From: an uncultured Woeseiaceae bacterium
GTDB taxonomy: Bacteria; Pseudomonadota; Gammaproteobacteria; Steroidobacterales; Woeseiaceae
Assembly (NCBI GenBank): GCA_964565135.1
Contig: CAZMEA010000002.1
Coordinates: 9,824 to 73,823 of the forward strand
Direction: 5' to 3'
Length of the DNA: 64,000 nucleotides
Of this stretch, positions 30,020 to 37,747 are shown piece after piece. How positions within the stretch are numbered: the stretch's first letter is position 1; the number at the start of each line of letters is the position of its first letter. The notes under the pieces are model-generated. The model ran no database searches. It saw nothing but the letters and a program-made list of their open reading frames with translations, and was not told the DNA's origin. Both the position numbers and the translations under genes were made by a program.

Positions 30020-30154
30020 TCAGAGCGATGGCGATCGAAGGGCCGGGGTGCCGGTCCGCGTGGAAACTCCGATTCGGGTTTTTGCGGTCGGGCCATGCAC
30101 GAACACGAGCCGGTCGACGCCTGCGCGGGTCGCTGTATCGGTCTTGATGTTCAT
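30020..30154 (-). CDS. Candidate 44-codon upstream ORF / leader peptide of the MATE gene
   Basis: Not in the track (<60 aa). GGAG lies 7 nt before the ATG. The product is MNIKTDTATRAGVDRLVFVHGPTAKTRIGVSTRTGTPALRSPSL. Third-codon positions are mostly G/C, like real genes here. Confidence 0.25.
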   Translation of the reverse strand: MNIKTDTATRAGVDRLVFVHGPTAKTRIGVSTRTGTPALRSPSL

Positions 30155-30269
30155 GGATCTGCTCCGGCGGTGCCTGAGATGAATGAGCAGGCGATGCTAG
30201 AGTAATCGCCCGGATTGTCAATCACGATGTTCTGGATCAACGGGTAAACAATCACGGTTCGATACGCGT

Positions 30270-30419
30270 ATGAACACCTCTCTCCTACTGGTTCTCCTGT
30301 TAATCGCAATTATCATCGCCTGGGTGGTCGCCAAGGTGCGTTACTACGCTCGCGTCAGTGAACGGCAATGGCAGCGCGTCGACAAATCCAAGCTGCGTCG
30401 CTGGGAGGACGACGACTGA
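30270..30419 (+). CDS. Candidate 49-aa single-TM protein
   Basis: Not in the track. MNTSLLLVLLLIAIIIAWVVAKVRYYARVSERQWQRVDKSKLRRWEDDD: a hydrophobic helix followed by a basic/acidic tail. Confidence 0.35.
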   Translation: MNTSLLLVLLLIAIIIAWVVAKVRYYARVSERQWQRVDKSKLRRWEDDD

Positions 30420-30506
30420 ACGAGAACCGCGTCGTGTGCGGCTGCTTTTCGATTTGATTACACTACGCGCTTTCCGGAGTCTCCGGTCGGCGGAGGGTGG
30501 TTGAGC

Positions 30507-31400
30507 ATGCTGAGAATGAGCTGGCGTCGCAGGCGTGCGAATGCACCTACGATCACTCGCACACTGATATTACTCATCGCGCTGGCGCTGGGTGCCTGTA
30601 CACCCGCGGAAGATCCGGCCCCCGTGACCTCGGAGAGTGTGGCGACTCCGTCGCCGGCACCGTCGGCGCCCAACGAGCGCCCGTCACAGCGTCGCGAGAT
30701 CATCTCCGAGAATCTGCCGTACGCCGAAATCGGCGACGGTCTGGTTTACGGACACTTCGCGATTCCCGCTGACATGATTGACCCGCTGCCCGCGGTCGTC
30801 ATCGTGCACGACTGGTTTGGGCTCAACCAGACAGTCCGATCCGCGGCCGAGCGTCTGGCCGGCGATGGCTTCATCGTCCTCGCGGTGGACTTGTTTCGCG
30901 GTCGGACCGCGGACACGGTCGGGCTTGCGCGTGAACTCGAAATTGACGTCATCGAAAATACGCGACTCGCTGAGGACAATCTGCGCCAGGCGATCGATTT
31001 CATTCGCATCAGCTCGGGTGCGCCGTCCATCGCTATCGTCGGCTACGGTTTCGGCGGTGGCTGGGCACTGCGTACAGCGCTCGCGTCCCCTGACAGGCTG
31101 GATGCGGCGGTGAGTTTCTACGGCCAGGTCATTACGGACGAGGATCAGCTGGCGGAAGCCCGCGTACCGTTTCTTGGTTTTTTCAGCGCGTCCGATCGAG
31201 CTGTTCCTGTGCAAACGGTGCGCGAGTTTGAAGCGAGTATGCGCAGCCTGGAGAAGGAGGCTAGCGTCAACATTCTCGAGGACGTTCGCCGCGGGTTCGT
31301 TGACGTCGCGTCTGAAAACTACGATGGCGCCAAAGCCGGAGAGGCCTGGCGAACGATGGTAAGTTTTCTTACCGAGCAGATGTCGCCGGGTTCGGACTAG
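30507..31400 (+). CDS. Dienelactone-hydrolase-fold lipoprotein (catalytic residues apparently substituted)
   Basis: The DLH pattern AVVIVHDWFGLN...GFIVLAVDLF is present. GGAGG lies 10 nt before the ATG at 30507. Lipobox ALGAC. The nucleophile motif reads GYGFGG and the HGF motif reads RGF. Confidence 0.8.
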   Translation: MLRMSWRRRRANAPTITRTLILLIALALGACTPAEDPAPVTSESVATPSPAPSAPNERPSQRREIISENLPYAEIGDGLVYGHFAIPADMIDPLPAVVIVHDWFGLNQTVRSAAERLAGDGFIVLAVDLFRGRTADTVGLARELEIDVIENTRLAEDNLRQAIDFIRISSGAPSIAIVGYGFGGGWALRTALASPDRLDAAVSFYGQVITDEDQLAEARVPFLGFFSASDRAVPVQTVREFEASMRSLEKEASVNILEDVRRGFVDVASENYDGAKAGEAWRTMVSFLTEQMSPGSD

Positions 31401-31923
31401 CCTGGGCCGCAGGCGGATCCTGAGGTTCGCAGACCAATACGACGTCCAGTGGCACGCTCGCGTACTGCATTGAACTGTGTTCGTCGTCACCACAGCGCAG
31501 CGAAGCGGACGCTGACAACAGTGCAGGCAGTGTCAGGGGGCGGATTTCGCTCGAGGCATTGTCTGTAGCACAAAAGCCTTCTATCGCAACCGGCGCGATC
31601 TGGCCGGACGGTATGCGAATCGTCGTTCGCGCTACCCCGACGTCAGAGACCAGCTCCTCGGCACCCAGGCTGCGGTGCGTGTCTGCAATTGTCACACCCA
31701 GTGACAAAGGCTGTGCCGCACCGCGGCACGCGAGTCGAAACTGAAAGCGAAAATCGAGCCCCGGGAGTCGCAGCGTTCGCCGGCCACTCGAGCCAGCGAC
31801 GATTGGCGCCGTGGCCGCGCTCGCGATTATTGCGAAGCTATTCGCATCGGCGTCGTTCGCCAGCGCGGAACTCCCGGGACCGAGAGCAATCGAAGCTAGT
31901 ATTGGTAGTGCAAGGGCACGCAT
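31369..31923 (-). CDS. Secreted hypothetical protein
   Basis: Signal peptide MRALALPILASIALGPGSSALA. Four Cys. No motif I recognise. Its 3' end overlaps the DLH-like gene by 32 nt. Confidence 0.5.
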   Translation of the reverse strand: MRALALPILASIALGPGSSALANDADANSFAIIASAATAPIVAGSSGRRTLRLPGLDFRFQFRLACRGAAQPLSLGVTIADTHRSLGAEELVSDVGVARTTIRIPSGQIAPVAIEGFCATDNASSEIRPLTLPALLSASASLRCGDDEHSSMQYASVPLDVVLVCEPQDPPAAQASPNPATSAR

Positions 31924-31986
31924 AAACGAAGGCTACGCCAGCGGCATCAAAACCCCAAGTGTGATTGTCAGCATTTCCGCCCGGCT

Positions 31987-32298
31987 ATGCACTGCCACAC
32001 CCATCAAAGGAAACCAGCGATCTTGATTGAATTCACTTACAAGCTTGCGCGTCGCGTCATCATCTCGGTGGTCGGCGTCACCATAGTCCTGCTCGGTATC
32101 GTTATGTTGGTTACGCCGGGACCGGGGCTGCTCGTCATTCCAGCCGGTCTCGCCATTCTCGGGCTCGAGTTCGCCTGGGCGCGAGCCTGGCTGCGCAAGC
32201 TGCGTGAGGGCATCAGTCGCCGCGCCGCAAATGGACGCCAGCTGCGCGCCGAACATCATCGCGCGCGGGTTGCCGCTTCTGACCGCCCACCCGTCTGA
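31987..32298 (+). CDS. PGPGW-motif small membrane protein
   Basis: VVGVTIVLLGIVMLVTPGPGLLVIPAGLAILGLEFAWARAWLRKL. Confidence 0.65.
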   Translation: MHCHTHQRKPAILIEFTYKLARRVIISVVGVTIVLLGIVMLVTPGPGLLVIPAGLAILGLEFAWARAWLRKLREGISRRAANGRQLRAEHHRARVAASDRPPV

Positions 32299-32329
32299 GA
32301 CTGCTGTCCGCGCCGGAAGCGCTGATTCG

Positions 32330-32408
32330 CTGAAAAAGAGAAGGAGCCGGAGAGGCTGAAACCAAATTCGGTTGCGCTCCTGTCCGACACGGAGAGGTCT
32401 CCGGCTCC
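32330..32408 (-). terminator. Intrinsic terminator (long closing stem plus U-tract) ending the sigma-54-driven transcript
   Basis: On the minus strand, GGAGCCGGAGA...TCTCCGGCTCC forms an 11-bp closing stem enclosing two small helices. It is followed by TTCTCTTTTTC. Confidence 0.55.
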
Positions 32409-32550
32409 TGTAAGTTTCACGGCAGGGGGGTGCCGCCGGGCCTTACGACCCGAAACCGGATCCAGATCCGGTGTGCATCCTAGTGGTGGTCGATCGGAAA
32501 CAGAGGGGGGGAGAGTGTTCCCGATCGACTGTTCACCACCGGAATTCGAT
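32330..32550 (-). ncRNA. Candidate structured RNA (3'-UTR-derived or independent sRNA) with two C-rich hairpin loops
   Basis: On the minus strand, hairpin A (32483-32540) has a 6+13-bp stem and the loop ACUCUCCCCCCCUCU. Hairpin B (32420-32435) is CGGCA-CCCCCC-UGCCG. A CCGGAUC palindrome sits at 32456-32471. The terminator is at 32330-32408. No credible ORF. Confidence 0.35.
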
Positions 32551-32829
32551 TTAGTTGGCTGCGACCGTTACGACGTCGCTGTCCATGCTTACCGAGGTAA
32601 GGCCGATTGACGACAGATCAAGGTCAGCCTCGATGGCTTCGTTGATCGACTCGACGGCCGCTTCGGCTGCTTCAGTGTGGGCATCGGCCGCTCGCGCGGT
32701 GCTGGTGGCCTGCGGGTCCGTCGCAGTCCGCGCAGCATCCGTCTCCGCGGCAAGAATCGATACCGACCAAAACAGCGTCGCAGCCACGATGAGCAGGCTG
32801 GTTAACCACTGTCCGATACGCGTATTCAT
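32551..32829 (-). CDS. Small secreted acidic Ala/Thr-rich protein (92 aa), function unknown
   Basis: AAGGAA lies 7 nt before the ATG at 32829. Signal peptide MNTRIGQWLTSLLIVAATLFWSVSILA. High GC3. Sits downstream of a sigma-54 promoter. Confidence 0.6.
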   Translation of the reverse strand: MNTRIGQWLTSLLIVAATLFWSVSILAAETDAARTATDPQATSTARAADAHTEAAEAAVESINEAIEADLDLSSIGLTSVSMDSDVVTVAAN

Positions 32830-32905
32830 TTCAGTTCCTTTCAACTCCATGTCGACCCGGCAAATCGATAGGGGGACCCGGGTCTCGTCCTTTGCCCTCT
32901 ACGTT

Positions 32906-32921
32906 TGCACGACCCGTGCCA
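32906..32921 (-). promoter_or_regulatory. Sigma-54 (-24/-12) promoter
   Basis: The minus strand reads TGGCACGGGTCGTGCA, against the consensus TGGCAC-N5-TTGCA. The GG and GC are correctly spaced. It lies about 75 nt upstream of the ATG at 32829 and faces away from a sigma-54 activator gene. Confidence 0.7.
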
Positions 32922-32975
32922 ACTCTGTAACTCCAGTAAAAACAATGATTTAATTACTCAATCGCAATAACGATA

Positions 32976-33021
32976 TTTCGTAAATTACGATTTTCCGTGA
33001 CAGAGTTTACGGAATTTCGTA
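32976..33021. promoter_or_regulatory. Candidate upstream activator sites for the sigma-54 activator
   Basis: AT-rich block containing CGTAA-A-TTACG (32979-32989), TTCCGT-N10-ACGGAA (32993-33014), and the direct repeat TTTCGTA at 32976 and 33015. Confidence 0.4.
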
Positions 33022-33031
33022 TAAGGCACGG

Positions 33032-34834
33032 ATGACTGATCAATCCGAATCGCCGCTCAGCGGCACCTGGGTGTTTCGTCGCCTGCCGGTCATGGCCACA
33101 GCGATTGGTCGCGATGGCCGTTTTCACGACCTGAACGATGCCTTCCTTAACCGGCTCGGCTATCGCCGCGAGGATGTGCTCGGCAGGCTGCCGATGGAGT
33201 TCATGACTCCGGACAGCGTCGAGCGTCTGGAGAAAGAGCTGCGGCCAACGCTCCGGCGCACCGGGAAGCTCGAGAACAAGATCATCGAATTCCAGGCGAG
33301 CGACGGTTCCGTCGTCGAATGCATGACGAGTTCACAGCTCGAAGAAGGGCCGGACAATGAACCGCTCGCGACGATTTCCGTTTACGTCGAAGTCACGGAG
33401 CGGCTGCGCGCCGATCACAAATATCGCGATCTGTACCGCTCGACGCCGGCAATGCTGCACACCGTCGATCGCAATGGACATATCGCTACGGTAACCGATC
33501 ATTGGCTGCAAAAAATGGGCTATCAACGAGAGGAAGTCGTCGGGCGGCACATCGTCGACTTTTACAGCGAAGCAGATCGAAAACGTGCGAAGAATCGCAA
33601 GGACCCGGAGCTCGGCGGCGAGTTTCTGAACCGCAAACGCCAGATGGTGACCAAGGACGGCCATGTCCTCGACCTGGTCATGTCCGCGGTGTTTCATCGC
33701 GATGCCGAGGGTCGCGTTCGCCGCCGTCTCGTTGCCTCAAAAGACGTCACAGAACGCAATCGTGCCGAACGGGAACTTCGTATCGCGCTGGCTGAAAACG
33801 CGCGCCTCCGTGAGGAGCTGCAGAACGAGCGCGACTACCTGCGAGAAGAAGTCAACGTATCGATGAATTTCGGACGCATTGTCGGTAAGAGTCGAGCGTT
33901 GAAGGGCATGCTCACACAAATCGAGGCGGTCGCGCAGACGCCTGCGAACGTTCTGGTACTGGGTGAATCCGGCGTCGGCAAGGAGCTGGTTGCGCGTGCC
34001 ATTCACGCGCGCAGCTCGCGCGTCGACGCGCCGTTGGTGAAGGTCAACTGCGCATCGATTCCGAAAGATCTGTTCGAGAGCGAGTTCTTCGGGCATGTGA
34101 AAGGCGCCTTCACAGGCGCTCACAAGGATCGCGTAGGGAGATTCCAACTCGCGGATGGGGGCACGATATTCCTCGATGAGGTCGGAGAAATTCCGATCGA
34201 GCTGCAGGGCAAGCTGCTTCGCGTACTCCAGGAAAGCGAATTCGAGCGGGTTGGCGATGACATTACCCGCACGGTCAATGTACGCGTAATCGCAGCGACC
34301 AACCGGGATCTTGAGCGGCTCGTCATGGATGGCAAGTTTCGAGAAGACCTGTTTTACAGGCTCAGCGTGTTCCCGATACGCGTTCCTCCGCTGCGCGAAC
34401 GTAAGGACGACGTCATTCAACTCGCAAGACACTTTCTCGATACGACGTACAAGGATTTCGGCCGCGAGCCGCTGCCGCTGACGCAGTCCCAGGTGGACGC
34501 TATTGCCGGATACGATTGGCCGGGAAACGTCCGGGAGCTCAAGAACGTGATTGAGCGTGCGGTAATTCTGTCGAAGGGTGGCGTACTTCAGCTCGACCTG
34601 CCTTCTGCCCGAGCTGAGGCGCACGCTTCTCCAGCAACGCCCGTCGATCGCAAGCCCTCACAGATCCTCACCGAGAACGACATGCGTGAGTTACAGAAGC
34701 AGAACATGCAGGCGGCGCTGGAGCGGTCCGGTTGGAAAGTGTCCGGACCCAATGGGGCAGCAGCGCTCCTCGGGGTCAAACCCACCACGCTCGCGGATCG
34801 CATAAAGGCATTCGAGTTGCAGAGACCGAAGTAG
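33032..34834 (+). CDS. Sigma-54-dependent transcriptional activator, PAS-PAS-AAA+-Fis HTH, no receiver domain
   Basis: Walker [15 protein letters not shown] present, [10 protein letters not shown]-terminal [22 protein letters not shown]. Two PAS-like segments in the first roughly 250 aa. Confidence 0.95.
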   Translation: MTDQSESPLSGTWVFRRLPVMATAIGRDGRFHDLNDAFLNRLGYRREDVLGRLPMEFMTPDSVERLEKELRPTLRRTGKLENKIIEFQASDGSVVECMTSSQLEEGPDNEPLATISVYVEVTERLRADHKYRDLYRSTPAMLHTVDRNGHIATVTDHWLQKMGYQREEVVGRHIVDFYSEADRKRAKNRKDPELGGEFLNRKRQMVTKDGHVLDLVMSAVFHRDAEGRVRRRLVASKDVTERNRAERELRIALAENARLREELQNERDYLREEVNVSMNFGRIVGKSRALKGMLTQIEAVAQTPANVLVLGESGVGKELVARAIHARSSRVDAPLVKVNCASIPKDLFESEFFGHVKGAFTGAHKDRVGRFQLADGGTIFLDEVGEIPIELQGKLLRVLQESEFERVGDDITRTVNVRVIAATNRDLERLVMDGKFREDLFYRLSVFPIRVPPLRERKDDVIQLARHFLDTTYKDFGREPLPLTQSQVDAIAGYDWPGNVRELKNVIERAVILSKGGVLQLDLPSARAEAHASPATPVDRKPSQILTENDMRELQKQNMQAALERSGWKVSGPNGAAALLGVKPTTLADRIKAFELQRPK

Positions 34835-34977
34835 CGGATCGGTCCGTACCGGGTTTCTTAAATTCTGACCGCCACTGCTATCATCGCAGCAAGGTTTAAA
34901 CGCGCAACACCGAACGACGGCCGTCGGCAGGATCGATAGTGCCACCTGGGTGATGCAATCAACGCTTTTGAGTCAGA

Positions 34978-36435
34978 ATGCTCCGAACGTTATTTGTCAC
35001 AGTATGTTTGCTAACAGCGCCCCCCGCGCTTGCAGCCGACCTGGCCGAGACTTCGACGTCTGAGTTACCGTCAGCGAATCTCCCGCTGCCGGTTCGAAAC
35101 GTGCTCGCGCATCGGCAGCTACCGACCGACACACTCAGTCTTTTCGTCTTCAACCTCGATCAGGGCAGGATCGAGCTTTCCCTGAATCCCGACACACCAA
35201 GAAACCCGGCGTCGGTCATGAAGCTGGTGACGACACTCGTTGCGCTCGATGAACTTGGGCCCGCCTATCGCTGGCGTACCGAGGCCTGGGCAATGGGTGA
35301 CCTCGTCGACGAAGCGCTTCAGGGCGATCTGTTGTTGAAGGGTTACGGCGATCCGTTCCTGGTGACCGAGCGTGTCTGGCAGATGCTTCGGGAACTGCGC
35401 CTGACGGGCTTGCGTTCGATCGAGGGTGATCTACTGATCGACGACAGCTTTTTCGACGTTGGCGATTACGACCCGGCCGCGTTCGATCGGCAGCCACTGC
35501 GTGCTTACAACGTCGCGCCGAACGCGATGATGATGAATTTCAAGGTAGTACGGTATCGCTTCGAACCCGAGCCGGACGCAGGCGGCGTCACCATCCGCAT
35601 GGACCCGCAGCTCGATAATCTGAAAGTCGTAAATCGTTTGTCGGTGAGCAATGGCAGCTGTCGCGGTTATCAGCGCGGTATCGCCATCATTCCCAACGAC
35701 GCCTTCGATCAGTTCACTTTCAGCGGCCGGTTTCCCAGCGGCTGCGAAGAATATTCGATGACTCGTGCCGCACTTGAACACAATGAGTTCACCTACGGAA
35801 TGTTTCGCGCCATGTGGCAGGAAGTCGGCGGGGAGTTTGACGGCCAATGGCGAAACGTTGCGTTCGAACCGGGCGACGAGGATGAGCCGTTGATGGTCTT
35901 CGAGTCGCAACCCCTCGCTGACGTTATCTCGCGGGTCAACAAGTACAGCAACAACGTCATGGCGCGCCATCTGTTGTTGACCGTTGCAGCCGAGCGCTAC
36001 GGTGCCCCGGGAACTGAAGAAAACGGACGCCAGTCCGTGCGCGACTGGATGACCGAACGCGGTCTGGATGCCGGCAGTATCGAACTAACGAATGGCGCTG
36101 GTCTGTCACGTTCAGCGCGAGTGACGGCGCGGCAGCTCGCCGACATGCTGCGCTTTGCCTACAGCCAGCCCTACATGCCCGAGTTCTTGTCGTCCATGTC
36201 GCTGTCCGGGCTCGATGGAACGACGACGCGACGCTTCGACGAGACCGACCAGCTGGCGGGGCAGGCGCATGTGAAGACCGGACGTCTCGACCACGTTAGT
36301 GCCATTGCGGGATTCATTCAGTCGCAGAGCGGGGAACGCCACGTTGTCGTGACGCTACACAATCACAATGACGTTCATCGTGGCTACGGGGCCGAGGTTC
36401 AGGAAGCGCTCTTGCGTTGGGTGTACAGCCGCTGA
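34978..36435 (+). CDS. dacB: D-alanyl-D-alanine carboxypeptidase/endopeptidase (PBP4 family)
   Basis: SxxK (ASVMK), SxN (YSNN), KTG (VKTGRL). Signal peptide. 485 aa. Confidence 0.9.
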   Translation: MLRTLFVTVCLLTAPPALAADLAETSTSELPSANLPLPVRNVLAHRQLPTDTLSLFVFNLDQGRIELSLNPDTPRNPASVMKLVTTLVALDELGPAYRWRTEAWAMGDLVDEALQGDLLLKGYGDPFLVTERVWQMLRELRLTGLRSIEGDLLIDDSFFDVGDYDPAAFDRQPLRAYNVAPNAMMMNFKVVRYRFEPEPDAGGVTIRMDPQLDNLKVVNRLSVSNGSCRGYQRGIAIIPNDAFDQFTFSGRFPSGCEEYSMTRAALEHNEFTYGMFRAMWQEVGGEFDGQWRNVAFEPGDEDEPLMVFESQPLADVISRVNKYSNNVMARHLLLTVAAERYGAPGTEENGRQSVRDWMTERGLDAGSIELTNGAGLSRSARVTARQLADMLRFAYSQPYMPEFLSSMSLSGLDGTTTRRFDETDQLAGQAHVKTGRLDHVSAIAGFIQSQSGERHVVVTLHNHNDVHRGYGAEVQEALLRWVYSR

Positions 36436-36582
36436 TCTTCTCCCGGTCTGTCGTCGAACTGCGACGCAGTTCGCAACTGCCCGGCGAGGCGTCTGTAGTA
36501 GACTTTCCGTGATTATGTTCATTGGCGAAAATGCGGCGCTCTCATGCCGTCATTCAGTTTGGGTTCGCCAGGGAGTGCACTA

Positions 36583-37176
36583 ATGAGATTGATCGTCGGA
36601 CTCGCGTTGCTGGTCGGTTTGCCCTTCTGCGCGTACGCGCAAACGGCCTATGTGACCGACAATCTTCGGCTGGGTATACACCAGGCGGAGGATACGAGTG
36701 ATCGGGCATTTCGTATGCTCGAAAGCGGGCAGACGATGGAGGTCCTGTCGCGGAACCGGAACTATGCGAACGTACGTTTGCCGGACGGAACCGTCGGTTA
36801 CGTCAAGGTTGCGTACCTCGTCGACGACAAACCCGCCAAGCTCATCGTCAATGAGATCCAGGCTGAGAACGAAAAGCTGCAGAACCGGCTCGCCGAGTTA
36901 AACGCGGCGTTCTCACAGCCTGCTGAAACCATTGCCTCGCTCGAACAGCAAGTAGCTGACGCAAATGCTGCTCTGGAGTTGGCGAAAGCCGAGAACAGCG
37001 AACTGTCATCGAGCTATGAAACGTTGGAACGGCGCCAGGATCAGTACCGGAACAGTCTGCCGGTTTCCTGGGTCGGTGCCGCGCTTGGGGTCGTACTGTT
37101 GGGTGGTTTTCTCGGCGGCCTGTGGTGGACGGATTACAGAAGTCGTAAACGCCACGGCGGCATCCGCATCTACTGA
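36583..37176 (+). CDS. Bacterial SH3-domain protein with coiled coil and C-terminal TM anchor
   Basis: Signal peptide, then an SH3b-like segment (MLESGQTMEVLSRNRNYANVRLPDGTVGYVKVAYL), a coiled coil, and a C-terminal TM segment (WVGAALGVVLLGGFLGGLWW). GGGAG lies before the ATG at 36583. Confidence 0.75.
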   Translation: MRLIVGLALLVGLPFCAYAQTAYVTDNLRLGIHQAEDTSDRAFRMLESGQTMEVLSRNRNYANVRLPDGTVGYVKVAYLVDDKPAKLIVNEIQAENEKLQNRLAELNAAFSQPAETIASLEQQVADANAALELAKAENSELSSSYETLERRQDQYRNSLPVSWVGAALGVVLLGGFLGGLWWTDYRSRKRHGGIRIY

Positions 37177-37233
37177 CGCGCGCGCTTTCTCTTGTAAGTC
37201 GCTATCGCACGGCCGTGCGATGCCAGCAGTGAA

Positions 37234-37551
37234 TCAGCCCAGTCGTTGCTGATCGTGCGTCACACCGTTGTGTGCGTTCTGTTCGCGATGGTGCCGCGAC
37301 GCGACGACGCGGATCTCTTCCACTTCCCGCATGATCGCACGCGCCCGTGTAATCACTTGATGACCCGCGATCGTTATGCCGTTGAGACTCTTGCCCTTGC
37401 GAACAAACAACTGCACGCCGAGTTCTTCTTCCAGCAGTTTGAGTTGTTTGCTGACGCCGGGCTGAGACGTGTACATACGTTCCGCGGCTGCCGTGATGTT
37501 CAGTCCGTTATCGACGATCGCGAGTAGGTATCGCAGTTGTTGTAGTTTCAT
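37234..37551 (-). CDS. CysB/Cbl-like LysR-family fragment: HTH domain only (105 aa), probable gene remnant
   Basis: MKLQQLRYLLAIVDNGLNITAAAERMYTSQPGVSKQLKLLEEELGVQLF... is collinear with the CysB N-terminus up to about residue 105, then a stop. Only 57 nt remain before the next gene. Confidence 0.6.
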   Translation of the reverse strand: MKLQQLRYLLAIVDNGLNITAAAERMYTSQPGVSKQLKLLEEELGVQLFVRKGKSLNGITIAGHQVITRARAIMREVEEIRVVASRHHREQNAHNGVTHDQQRLG

Positions 37552-37747
37552 TCCGCCCCGCCCCGAGCAATGTCTTACCCCCTCATAGACACGATGCAGA
37601 TTTGTTCGTTTCATCGGATGCTGGCGAAACCCGCAGATTCCGGCGGATTTTTTAGATCGAATGGTTATGTGTCCGGCTGAGACCCTCATCACAGCAAGTC
37701 CGTTGTCGATGCACTATTTTTAGCAACCGACCAAGAATCGCTGTCCC

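Noticed and set aside
32341-32410. GGAGAG-containing element that superficially recalled a glycine-riboswitch-like motif
   Set aside because: Only the GGAGAG words match. The element is better explained as the closing stem of a minus-strand terminator, and there is no downstream gene in the right orientation.
32555-32953. 132-aa plus-strand ORF overlapping the small secreted-protein gene and the sigma-54 promoter
   Set aside because: It has no Shine-Dalgarno and an S/A/R-rich translation. It would run through the -24/-12 element. The minus-strand frame has a Shine-Dalgarno, a signal peptide and high GC3.
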